Shown here: in pieces, positions 11,141-22,085 of the stretch
How positions within the stretch are numbered: position 1 is the first letter of the stretch
Layout: each line of letters opens with the position of its first letter
Assembly: GCF_964204645.1 (NCBI RefSeq)
Contig: NC_134027.1
Span: 310,001 to 374,000, forward strand
Reading direction: 5' to 3'
DNA: 64,000 nt
Source: Tubulanus polymorphus
Taxonomy: Eukaryota > Animalia > Nemertea
The notes under the pieces: model-generated
Databases searched by the model: none
What the model was told of the DNA's origin: nothing
The model's input: only the letters and a program-made list of their open reading frames with translations
Made by a program: the position numbers and the translations under genes

Positions 11141-13043
11141 GGGGTTATATCAAACTCACCAGCCAGAAAATAAATGGTGGTCAATATCTTATTTCTACCC
11201 GAGCACGATACGACAACACTTCGTGGTTTGACTCGAAGAATCCAAATCAGTTGATCATTAAAACCTGTGTTCAGAACAGTGGAACCGGGTCGTTAGGGGT
11301 CAAATCAAACTTATATCCATACAACTGAATCCTTGTGGTATAAGTTTTAATTGTCACAAAACAAATGTAAATTTGTCTATCGTTTTTAAACTATTATCTG
11401 CAGCTGTTATTGTTGTTGTTCATTGTCTCTTTCTATCCTAACGTACTTAAACGTTATAAAAAAAATGTTTAGAATATTCTAATTCCATATCGTTTTCTCT
11501 ATGGTTTGGAAATGAAATCGGATTCCATTTTCATCCTGTGTTAAATCTACGAATGATAATGAAATTTTGCATTTATGATCGGAAAAATATCCGTTACGAA
11601 TCTCAAATTGAATGAATCCAATCGCTGAATATTAATTAAATTTCTGAGATCAGCTTCGAGGTTTTCCTTTGAACTGATATTTCTTAGAACTGCGAGAGAA
11701 GTGAGAGAGAGGGAGAGAGTGAGGAGAAAGAGCAGGAAGACAGAAGAAAAAGATGAGGGGAAAGAGAGGAGAGAGTGAAAGAGGAGGGAGAGGAGAGACA
11801 GGGGAACCTGAGGACTTGTGGCGTCACAGTCCCCTTAACTGTGGGACAATATTTCTGGTCGCTTGTTACGGTTCACTCTTAGAACAAACAGATCTTCGAG
11901 GGTTCTTCCAAGAACTCCGGGGTTTTTGGTGAAGCTTACGGTTCTTCGACAATATAGAATGTAAATTAGGGTTCTTCGAGACTTAAGGGTTCTTGCCAAA
12001 CAACCATTAGCAGGTTTCGATTGTCAATTCAGCTGTTCACTGAAATCCTTAATCATGAAGCTAATATGGAATATCTATCTATCTATCTATCTATCTAGTT
12101 AACAGATGAAATAATGATGGGTATGAAATAAATAAGATTAATTGAACACGTGACTGGCCAGTAACATGTATACAGTGACCACATGTACTGTAACAGATAG
12201 ATTGAGCTAATTACTATCTGTAACAAGGTTTCGCGTGTTTCATATTTCATTAATAAACGCAGCCCTGGTTTTAGAGATTAGTGCGATTAGTTTCTGTATA
12301 ACGAGTAAATACTGATCGAATCAATACCCGGTAAAATATAACTATATGTTGAACGACATTATAAGTAACTCATACTTACAAAAATCATGTTTCATCCTGG
12401 TTGTGGTGTAATAATTCTATATTTATAAATCAAATAGTTTATAAAATTCCGCAGCTATGAATCACACTGTTGGCCAAAACCCAACTAGAATATCCAGATA
12501 TCAATTATTTTAGTAAAGTTGAAATGACCAAATTAGGTGTGAATATCTAAATATAATCCTCAACCCGGATGACAAATTACCAGGAGTGAATTATGAAATT
12601 TTAGTTTTAGTTCAACTTGTAATTAATAAATCTATTTATGAGTTGAACTATTGAAGAAATTAAAAAGGACATTTTATTGTTTAAAACTGCACCCTGACTC
12701 AAATCGGTGCACCATTTCTATATGAATGAACCATTTTAGAAACACCGTGTGCGCTACGGGTGTGCGCTGTGTGTGCGCGTTGAAAGATTGACAAAAAGAG
12801 CTGTGATGAACGTCTGTCTGTTTGACAAGTACAAGGCTCGTCTGCTCCGCCGTCGCCTCCGTCAATATTTACATCACTAATTTGTGTGTCGCGCGAACGG
12901 CGCTGAGTGTGGAATATGTGGAAACTCACTAAACCGTTTATTTTCTCAGTCTCTGATTTCCACCACAAGATTTGCGATTAAAAAAACAATTTTGTCTTCA
13001 ACTTGCGAGGCTTATTTTTAACAGCGCTATATTAAATTCTCCA

Positions 13044-13328
13044 CAGAAGCTGATCCAGGGGAGCTTTCTTAATTCTTGTAAAAATTCTTGTCACCTGTAA
13101 CATGACCACAAACCGTACACAATTTCTGTCGCTTATAACACAGGACTTAAAACTGTAAACCACCATCTGTTTTACGTAGCAGATTCTCGGAGCACTTTGA
13201 TGTCTAAAAAGTCAATATTAAGTGAACTCTCGAACTGAAATGCGCATATTTTTTGTTTGTTGATAAAATGAAAAAGGACACTCAAGAAATTTTAAAGAAC
13301 TTGCACAAGTCCCTCTGGATCCACTTCA
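13044..13328. mobile_element. Degenerate MITE with imperfect TIRs
   Basis: gaagctgatccagggg ... ccctctggatccacttc. Confidence 0.4.
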
Positions 13329-13589
13329 TTCATTTATTCGATTTAATGTTATATCAATTTTGAAGTCGATCCTTTTTGCGAAAGTGGGGGTAAGCTGTGA
13401 GTTAGGCCTGCGCGAGGGTTTAAAGTTTAATTGTCGTGATTTCAAATAAAATCAGTTAACCTACAAAATACCTCCCTGTCATCATATTTATCGATGAAAA
13501 CTAGAAAAATTATATTTGTTTCTGATGTTTTTTTCAGGATATTTTTGCCGTCATTTTCGTGTATGGAACTATGATAAATCTTTCGAAGT

Positions 13590-13599
13590 AGCAGCAGCA

Positions 13600-13652
<53 letters not shown>
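13590..13652. repeat. (CAG)n microsatellite upstream of the mGluR-like CDS, possibly in its 5' UTR
   Basis: About 20 interrupted CAG units; candidate acceptor tttttcag at ~13538. Confidence 0.85.
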
Positions 13653-14207
13653 GACAGTCACTGCGGTTTGAGGTCAAATCACTATAGTTGCGTAAATTAG
13701 CAACGTAGTTTCCACAGACTACGATATATAAATTAATGAAAATGGACGGTAAATTGGGTCAGGTTTAAAATCCCCGAGTGAGTGATTTGTGAATCTAGAC
13801 TCTACTTCAGTTATTACTGATATAGTAGCGATACAGTATACAATACGAGGCGGTCAGCATTTCAATATATTATATATCAGTGTTTGAAGAAGAGTCACTG
13901 CATCTGAACGTCAAGTTACACATATAACCATCAATTATTGACGATTTGAACAACGAATTCAACTTGAGATATAAGATATTCGATATAAGACATGATGAGA
14001 TAGATCATCATCGTCATCAACGATCTCAACGCGGTCACCGGGACAACAACATGTCGTAACAGCTACATCGACTCCGCAATCAACGGCTTCATTCGCTGGC
14101 TTACAATTTGCTCAATCTGTTAATCCGGATTATCGATCCTAATCCGGATTATCGACCCTAATCCGGTATCGTTCGTGCGATTTTGATATTCGATCCGCTC
14201 GGGAAGT

Positions 14208-17200
14208 ATGTCTTCCAGAGATCACGTGGTCGTGTTTTTTATTTGCTCAATATTTCGATTTATTCACTGTTTACAAAAAGTCCCCGATTTAAGTTCGGAA
14301 GTTTACGAACAGCGAGGTGACATCGATATCGGCGGATTATTTTCGGTTCATTCGTTCAGTAAGACCAGACCGTGTGGAGAGTCGCTTTACTCAACAACCC
14401 GATTCCAGCATATACAAGCTTTAGCCTACGCCGTTAACAAAATAAATCAGGATTCGAACCTACTTCCGAATATAACGTTAGGATTTAAACTGCTCGACGA
14501 TTGCGTGAAATCCTCCACCGCTTTGGGACAAACTTTGAATTTCATTCCGCGTAACGAATCGTGTCGTCTGAACGAATCGGCTCCGTATTATAAAGTGAAA
14601 GGGGTCGTTGGGCCGTTACCCAGCGGGAACAGTATCCTAGTAGCCAGCCTGTTGGGCTTGTATAAAATCCCACAAATCAGCCCGTTATCGACCAGCGCGG
14701 TTCTGAGTGATAAAACTAAATATGAATACTTCCTACGAGTGGTTCCTCCAGATCAGTATCAAGCTAAGGCTATCGTCAGTCTAATTGACAGTTTCGGATG
14801 GAAGTATATTTCAGCGATTAATTCAGAAGGTACCTACGGCTCGACCGGTATCCGACAGGTGAAGAGTAAAGCGGCAGAGTTGGGTATTTGTGTCGCCTAT
14901 GCGAGAGAGATCTCACAGGGAACCAGTGAAAGCGATTACGACGATATAATCAGAGCTTTAATGCAGAATAAAGAGGCGCGGGCTGTCGTGATGTTTGTCG
15001 GTTTAGATGCGGGACGTAAACTGCTGCAGGCGGCGCAGAGGGCGAAACTTTACGGACAGTTCGTCTGGGTTTTTAGCGATACATTCGGTAATATGAACGG
15101 ACACGTCGGTTTAGAGGATGTCAGCGCCGGGTCATTCTTTTTCAAAGTTTACTCAGTCGGAGTTGACGATTTTAATCGTAATTACGTCAGTTTAAACCCG
15201 TCTAATGTAGTTAATCCCTGGTATAACCAGTTATGGGAGACTGTATTCAATTGTAGCTGGTTAGTAAATTCCCCGCTGGTCAATTGCAGCAACTTCAAAT
15301 CGATTAACGAATCTAGGAGTTATAAAGCCGAACCGACGGCGTCGTTTGTAATCGATGCGGTTTACACGTTCGGCCACGCGTTGAACAGACTCATCAGATC
15401 CGACTGTCCGCAAATCATGGCTCAGGACTCAGCGAGCAGGAACATTGACGATCTCGATCACTGTATCCGAGGGGATCGTCTGTTAAGCGTTTTGAGAAGT
15501 ACATCGTTCAGCGGAACGGCAGGACTGGTGGAATTCGACGATAAGGGCGACATGCTCGGCAAGTACGTTATTAGTCAACTCCATCACGACCGGGTCGCCA
15601 ACGACTACAGAGTTTCAGATATCGGGTTTTGGGATATGAGGACCGGAGCTTTAGACGTGACGGGACAGAGTCAGTGGACGTCGATACAACACGACCAGGG
15701 AGAGGAGCTATCAGAGATCCCGACTTCAGTTTGCAGCCGCGAGTGCACTGCCGGAGAATTCAAAATACAAAAAGAGTTGAAATGTTGTTGGGAATGTCGT
15801 CGATGCCGCAATAATGAGATCACCATCCTGAATTTCACAACTTGCGACGAATGTCCTCAGTTCACGTGGCCCGATCAGAAACTGTTCACATCCTGCGAAC
15901 CTATCCAACCGTATTTCATGAAATGGACCGAACCGTTAGCGATCACATTCTCTGTCGGGTCCGTTCTAGGTATAATCATGTGTTTCGGGGTGATCACGTG
16001 TTTCGCCGTTTTTAGAAACAAGAAGATAATAATGGCGAGTTGTCCTACACTGACGTTTATCATGTTATTCGGGAATCTGATCGCTTACGCGACGATTTTC
16101 GTGTTGATCGCCAAACCGACGAATATCGGATGCGGAATCAATCGTTTCGCTTTTCACTTTAGTTTCGCTTTAAATTATGCTCCGCTATTGGCGAAAAGTA
16201 GCCGAATTTATCGTATATTCGACTCAGGAAGAAGAGGGCATCAGAGACCGAAATTTATCAGCACCAGGGATCAAGTTATATTGAGTACTGTACTCATCAC
16301 AGTCGAGGTAACATTTCAAAAATATTCAAAACTTTTACAAAATGTAAAATCTCAATTCAACTTATTTCTAGATTTAATCAATTTTACTTTTTATTGCATT
16401 AAAAAACCATGTTATAACAGTAAATGACTAACAACATTTGCAAATTAATGTTTGAAATTTAGGGAGGGCTTCTGTTAAACAACTTTCTAAAATTTTTTCT
16501 TAAGCAACGCTGGAACCGGTTCCACAGCTTTACATAAAGATTTCTACTCAGAGTTAAAAAAAATGAAAATCAACTGATTTTAACTCAGAAGACTTAACTC
16601 TAACTTGCACCACTATAGAACTGGGTGCTGAATGACTTCACAATAACAAGTGTTTAAATCTATGTTTTACAGGTGGCGATCTCATTGACGACGCTGATCA
16701 TCTCTCCTCCATCAGCTATGCTCAACATGCCCGTATCGACAGAGAAATTCGTCGAATTACTCTGTGATATGCCTATTGACAGTCTCGTCGCACCGATGGC
16801 CTTCAACATCCTGCTGACAATAGTCTGCCTGGTTTACGGGTTTAAAACTCGTAAATTACCGGACAATTTTAACGAATCTTGGTACATATTTCTTTCAGTT
16901 TGCTCAACTTTATTTCTATGGTTAGTTTTTGTACCGTCGTATTTCACAGCGTTCCACGCCTTCCATAAAACAGTCGTTCTGGCCGCGGCTCTGTTCCTCA
17001 GCTCGACAGCGATGGTTTTATGCTTGTATTCACCGAAGATCTACGCCCTGTTTTATGTTAATGAGGAAGATCTAACCTTCCAAACTAAACGCAATCAAAA
17101 AGCGGGAGCCTGGACGACGCAGGTTCATCCTTCCGGTTCCGCTAATCCAGCCGCCGGAACCGTCGAGGGGGGTCAAGGCTCAACCATAGTTCTAGAAGAG

Positions 17201-17227
17201 AACGGACCGAAGACAACCACATCTTAG
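14208..17227 (+). CDS. Class C GPCR, metabotropic glutamate receptor-like, ~884 aa; exons 14208-16307, 16673-17227
   Basis: Signal peptide; Venus flytrap domain (GDIDIGGLF, LLPNITLG, FLRVVPPD); Cys-rich domain (SVCSREC...CCWEC); 7TM with KTRKLPDNFNES and YSPKIY; phase-0 GT-AG intron. Confidence 0.95.
16512..16626. mobile_element. MITE in the mGluR-like intron
   Basis: ccggttccacag ... ctatagaactgg ends; interior homologous to 58540-58648. Confidence 0.55.
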
Positions 17228-17680
17228 ATTCAAATGCATTTTATTGGGATATCCCACATTTATCTAAAACAGACCCCAGACTAGATCAGTTGCACAGTCG
17301 TTACTAAAAGTGGTCTTAGATCTTAATTGTTAAAGTTGTTAGATTCACTATAGAACCAAGCCATGACTATCCAGACAAAACTGGGTCCCAGTAACAGAGA
17401 TATTCCAGATGTTTCAAAATCAGATTCAAGAAAATTGTCTGATACGAATTGATAATTTCATCGCACGTCAGTGTATGGATGTTTATATCGGAAAATTTGC
17501 AAATTAAGGGATGAAAACAACACGATACTTGTATAAACTTAGTTATCACTTACAATTTGAATTAGATGAAGAAATCAAGACTGAGTTTATGTTTTAACAC
17601 CCGATGAGAGCAGCCGATATTTTACAACATAGCTGTGATTTCATTATGTTATAATTGAATATCGTCGTGAATTAACACTA

Positions 17681-18122
17681 TACAGTAGATTCTATCTAAT
17701 GCGGCATGGAATAATTCTACCCCGAGTTGATGTCAAATACTGAGTTTGTGATATACAGTAGACTCTGTCTCTTACTGCGGTAAAGTTGAGACCGGTAAAA
17801 TTCTACCGCGAGTTGGTGTCAATTCTGAGTTTGTGAAATACAGTAGACTCTGTCTCTTACTGCGGTAAAGTTGAGACTGGTAAAATTCTACCCCGAGTTG
17901 ATGTCAAATACTGAGTAAGAGTTTGTGAAATACAGTAGACTCTGTCTCTTACTGCGGTAAAGTTAAGACCGGTAAAATTCTACCCCGAGTTGGTGTCAAT
18001 TCTGAGTTTGTGAGATACAGTAGATCCTGTCTCTTACTGCGGTAAAGTTGAGACCGGTAAAATTCTACCCCTAAATTCTACATCAAATTGAGTTTTTGTC
18101 AAAAACTGAGTAAGAGTTTGAG
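17681..18122 (+). repeat. 84-91 bp satellite, ~5 units; same family as 41700-42460 in opposite orientation
   Basis: Unit tacagtagactctgtctcttactgcggtaaagttgagaccggtaaaattctacc... Confidence 0.9.
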
Positions 18123-18798
18123 AACTATATTAGAAGTCGATGCTAATGATATTGCACTCTGAGATTAAGATATGAAAATGATTTTTCACGAGTTGAATTA
18201 ATTCCCTCGATATAAACTCATAATTGTTATCTAACATAAACTTTGTAATAGCTAAGTTTGTTATTCGATTGTAATAGACAATAAAAAGTTGTATTTTAGA
18301 AATTTGAGTTTGAAATTTTAATTATTTTTGTGATGTTGAGCTCATCACGTCGACGAGGTGTGAGCCCTTATCAGAGGTGGATCTCGGAAAATTGTAAGGC
18401 CGGGATACAGAAGAAAAGAAAAAGCCTTTCTCGGAAAAAGGCCACTAGCGGGGTTCCAGCCTCGGTGCTGATATATTTTTGAAGAAATACTTACTAAAAC
18501 GTGAAATGATGAGCCTCATTTTTGCGGCAGGTTTTAACGATTTCTGTCTTGACGAAAATGGCGACCTTGAGGAGAAGGTAGGGGTCTGAGCCCTTCGGTT
18601 TGATCGTACTTACAAAACTACCTTACTTTGAACCACTACAACCAGCCCTTCCCCTTCCCTCAGGGGCCTGCTGATATTCATAACCTGGAAATCAATTAAA
18701 CCAAACAAATGATGATGAATGCATTATAAGAACTACCCTGGATTCCAACAGTAATCACAATGACACAGTATATACAGTCAGTCGTCTGCACAGCGCTG

Positions 18799-18810
18799 CT
18801 ATATATAATG
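18799..18810 (+). promoter_or_regulatory. Candidate TATA box of CYP copy 1 (duplicated at ~22026 for copy 2)
   Basis: ctatatataatg ~60 bp upstream of the ATG, conserved in both paralogs. Confidence 0.4.
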
Positions 18811-18863
18811 TAGTTCACTCACTATATAGGACGCTTCAATATAGTTGTTCTGATTACAGAAAA

Positions 18864-21512
18864 ATGGCGTCTCTCTATACTTTGTTTACGGACGGAAATT
18901 TGATTTCGACAACTTTAGTTTTTACCGTTGTTTTATTATGCGTTGCTTATTTAGCGAATGGCAGGAGGTATAAATATCCCCCGGGACCGATGAGGCTTCC
19001 TTTAGTCGGATCTACGCCGTTCTTAAGTAAGTTGAACAACTTTCACTTTTCACACAAAAAGACCATATCAATTCGATAAGGTGCAAATACAGGTAATTCC
19101 TGTAAAGGTTTACTGATATTACCAGCTTTCGCTACCATTATCTGTCTCTTAATCTATGTCCATGTAATTCCATATTTCTTTATTTATAAATTAAGGATTT
19201 CTTACAATTTACTTAGAAAAAAACGATGAAAGTTTAAGCTACTGGTGGTGGGTTTTTAATTTCCTTTTTTGAGATTTATGTTGATAATGTTTTCAACTTT
19301 TTTACATTTTAAAAGATAAAGATCTCCAGAGTGACATCAGTAAACTGGTCAAAAAACACAATAGTGACGTCATCGGGTTACAACTAGGACTAATCAACGC
19401 CGTGATTATAAATTCCTACGAGAAAATCAAGGAGACATTTCTCGGAGACGAAGTAACCGACCGCTCGGCCAACTTTCTACCGGCTGTTTTAGTCAAAGGT
19501 CAAGGTAACTGTCAATTCAATTCAATTCGATATTTGTTTGATAGAAACAGGGAAAAGACGGACGACTGCTAAACTTCAAACTCTAATAAAACATTGTTTC
19601 ATTCATACGTAGGATTTTGTAGTTATTTTATAGATTTCATGGTAGTTTGATATTATCATAGCTAATTTGTAACTCCAGGGGCAGGTTCCAGGGCAGGGTC
19701 AGCAGACCATCTTAGAACATCTTAGCTCTATATCACATCTAACTATGACCAGTCGTTTAGGCCGTCTTAGTCCGATAGCAAATCTAACAACTTAAGACCA
19801 GATTTAAGATTTAAGACCAAATAGTGAACTTACGCCTCAACTTTATGGAACTTGCCCCAAGAGTCGTGGTCCATTTCACATATTATATATTTAAAGGTCT
19901 GATTCAATCGAGTGGAAATCTATGGAGGGAACAGAGACGACATGCGCTGACTGTACTGCGAAATTTCGGGATGGGTAAGATGGCCGCCGAGGAGCGAATC
20001 AATAACGAAATAGCTAATCTTAAAGAAGCTATCGATAACCAAGATGGCCGCCAGTTCGACCCGTTCAACATGCTGACAACTACTATTTCAAATATCATCT
20101 GCGCTATTTCATTTGGTAAACGTTATGAGTATGACGATGTTGAATTCCAGATGCTTATCAAAAGTCTCAATGAACTTGCCAATCAGGCAAACCTCATCGG
20201 CCCAGCATTCGTGATGCCTTCGTTGAGACATCTTCCTGGAGATTTATTCGGTACCAAAACAATAATCGACACAATCAGTAGAATGGGCCGACTTGCGAAG
20301 GGCCATGTTGAAGAGCATAAGACTAGATACAATCCATCAAATGACGATGACGATTTTATAGACGCCTACCTGACTGAGATGGAACGAATGGAAAACAAGA
20401 AACCACGAGTAAAACACACATTTACAGGTAAATATCAGATATATCACAGGTGAGATATCTGATATATCGGGGGGGGTGAACTATCAGATATATCACGGTG
20501 ATATTTGAGATTTCAGATATATCATGGGGTAAAATATCAGAGTCCCATCGTTGTTTTATGTAATGTTTTGTTTTAACAGATTCTCAATTAATATCAGTTA
20601 TTCGTGATCTATTCTTCGCTGGTACCGAAACGACCTCCTCCACGATGCGCTGGGCGTTAGCTCTGATGGTTAAACATCCCGATATACAACAGAAAGTACA
20701 ACATGAAATCGACAATGTGATCGGTAGCGACCACATCCCGCAGATGAGAGACCGATTGATTCTACCTTACACCGAGGCGGTCCTGCTGGAGATACAGAGA
20801 GTCGCCAGTCTCATCTCTCTCTCTGTACCGCACTCAAACAACGAGACAGACATCAAACTCTACTCTTACGATGTACCTAAGAATTCACTGGTTTTTGCAA
20901 ATATTTTCGCAGTTCATCACGATCCGAGCATTTGGCCGAATCCGAATACATTTGATCCACGTAATTTCATCAGTGAGGAGGGAACATTACGTAATCAGGA
21001 ATTCTTAATACCGTTTTCTATTGGTAATCTACTTAATTCACGAATTAACCTATAATGGAGATATTTCCAAAGTTTATCTATTCAATCTGACAGTTCGGGG
21101 TTTACCTAAATTCCATCTACACAGAAACAGTAATGAATTTTACATATTCAAAAACATATGATGAATTAACATACATCACGTGTTTCTCCGTAGCTGATGA
21201 GATTTCGAAACTGTTAGAGAAAAAATAAACTTTGAAATATCATCAGTGACAAATACATCACAGTCTTTCAAATCATCTTATTGACCTAAGAATTCATCTT
21301 CACTTTTTATCTTTTTATCGAATTTTGCAGGTAAAAGATCCTGTCCCGGTGAAGGCCTGGCGAAGATGGAATTGTTTTTGATATTCGTGTCAATTATGCA
21401 GGTTTATACAGTGCTGCCTTCGGATGAGGGTTATCCTAATTTGGATGATATCTACAGTAACATAAGAAATCCTCCTCCTTATAAGATTAAACTCCAACGA
21501 CGAATCGAATAG
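18864..21512 (+). CDS. Cytochrome P450, clan 2 (CYP2-like), 502 aa; exons 18864-19026, 19316-19504, 19897-20427, 20580-21023, 21331-21512
   Basis: N-terminal anchor + PPGP, WREQRR, AGTETT, EIQR, FDPRNF, heme motif FSIGKRSCPG; all splice phases consistent. Confidence 0.95.
19677..19858. mobile_element. MITE in CYP copy 1 intron 2
   Basis: TIRs ggggcaggttcca / tggaacttgcccc. Confidence 0.6.
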
Positions 21513-21684
21513 AAATGGTGCAAAAAATGAAGTCGCAGTTTAAAAAAAAGAAAAATTGTCGCAGTATATATTGACCACGATCCAAAGATACTTCTTTTAT
21601 GCGTTTACATGAAATGCATCATGACACTATTCAGGCCACATTATTCAGACCACACTGTTTAGACCACAAAGTAAAGATCAGTGA

Positions 21685-21770
21685 TATTATATTTCTATCT
21701 ACTTGGACGGGATCGAGATTTGCGAATATTTCTGCGCGAAATTCTTCTGTTCATCGAGGCAAAAATAAAT
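21685..21770 (+). pseudogene. Eroded TM7/helix-8 fragment of the GPCR family at 25088 and 32520
   Basis: ttctatctacttggacgggatcgagatttgcgaatatttctgcgcgaaatt aligns to the YLLLGREIREYFCAEF coding sequence with indels. Confidence 0.5.
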
Positions 21771-22085
21771 TGTTTTTGACGCAAAGCGTTTTTAAATATG
21801 GAAAATACTTTTTACAATGAGCTTCTGTCTCACGGTTTGTAACTCGTCTTACTTAGAACGAATAGAACCGGCCCTTCCCCTTCCCTCAGGGGCCTTTTGA
21901 TATCCATAACCTGGAAATCAATTAAACCAAACAAATGATGATGAATGCACAATCAACAACTACCCTGGATTCCACAGTAATCACAATGACACAGTATATA
22001 CAGTCAGTCGTCTGCTCAGCGCTGCTATATATAATGTAGTTCACGATATAGGACGCTTCAATATAGTTGTTCTGATTACAGAAAA

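Noticed and set aside
10729-11328. 199-aa ORF
   Set aside because: No recognisable domain; it runs through MITE sequence at 11043-11140 and ~11270-11290
11875-12005. CACTC-starting segment with repeated GGGTTCTT, resembling a CACTA/EnSpm-type end
   Set aside because: No matching second terminus or TSD found; too weak to call
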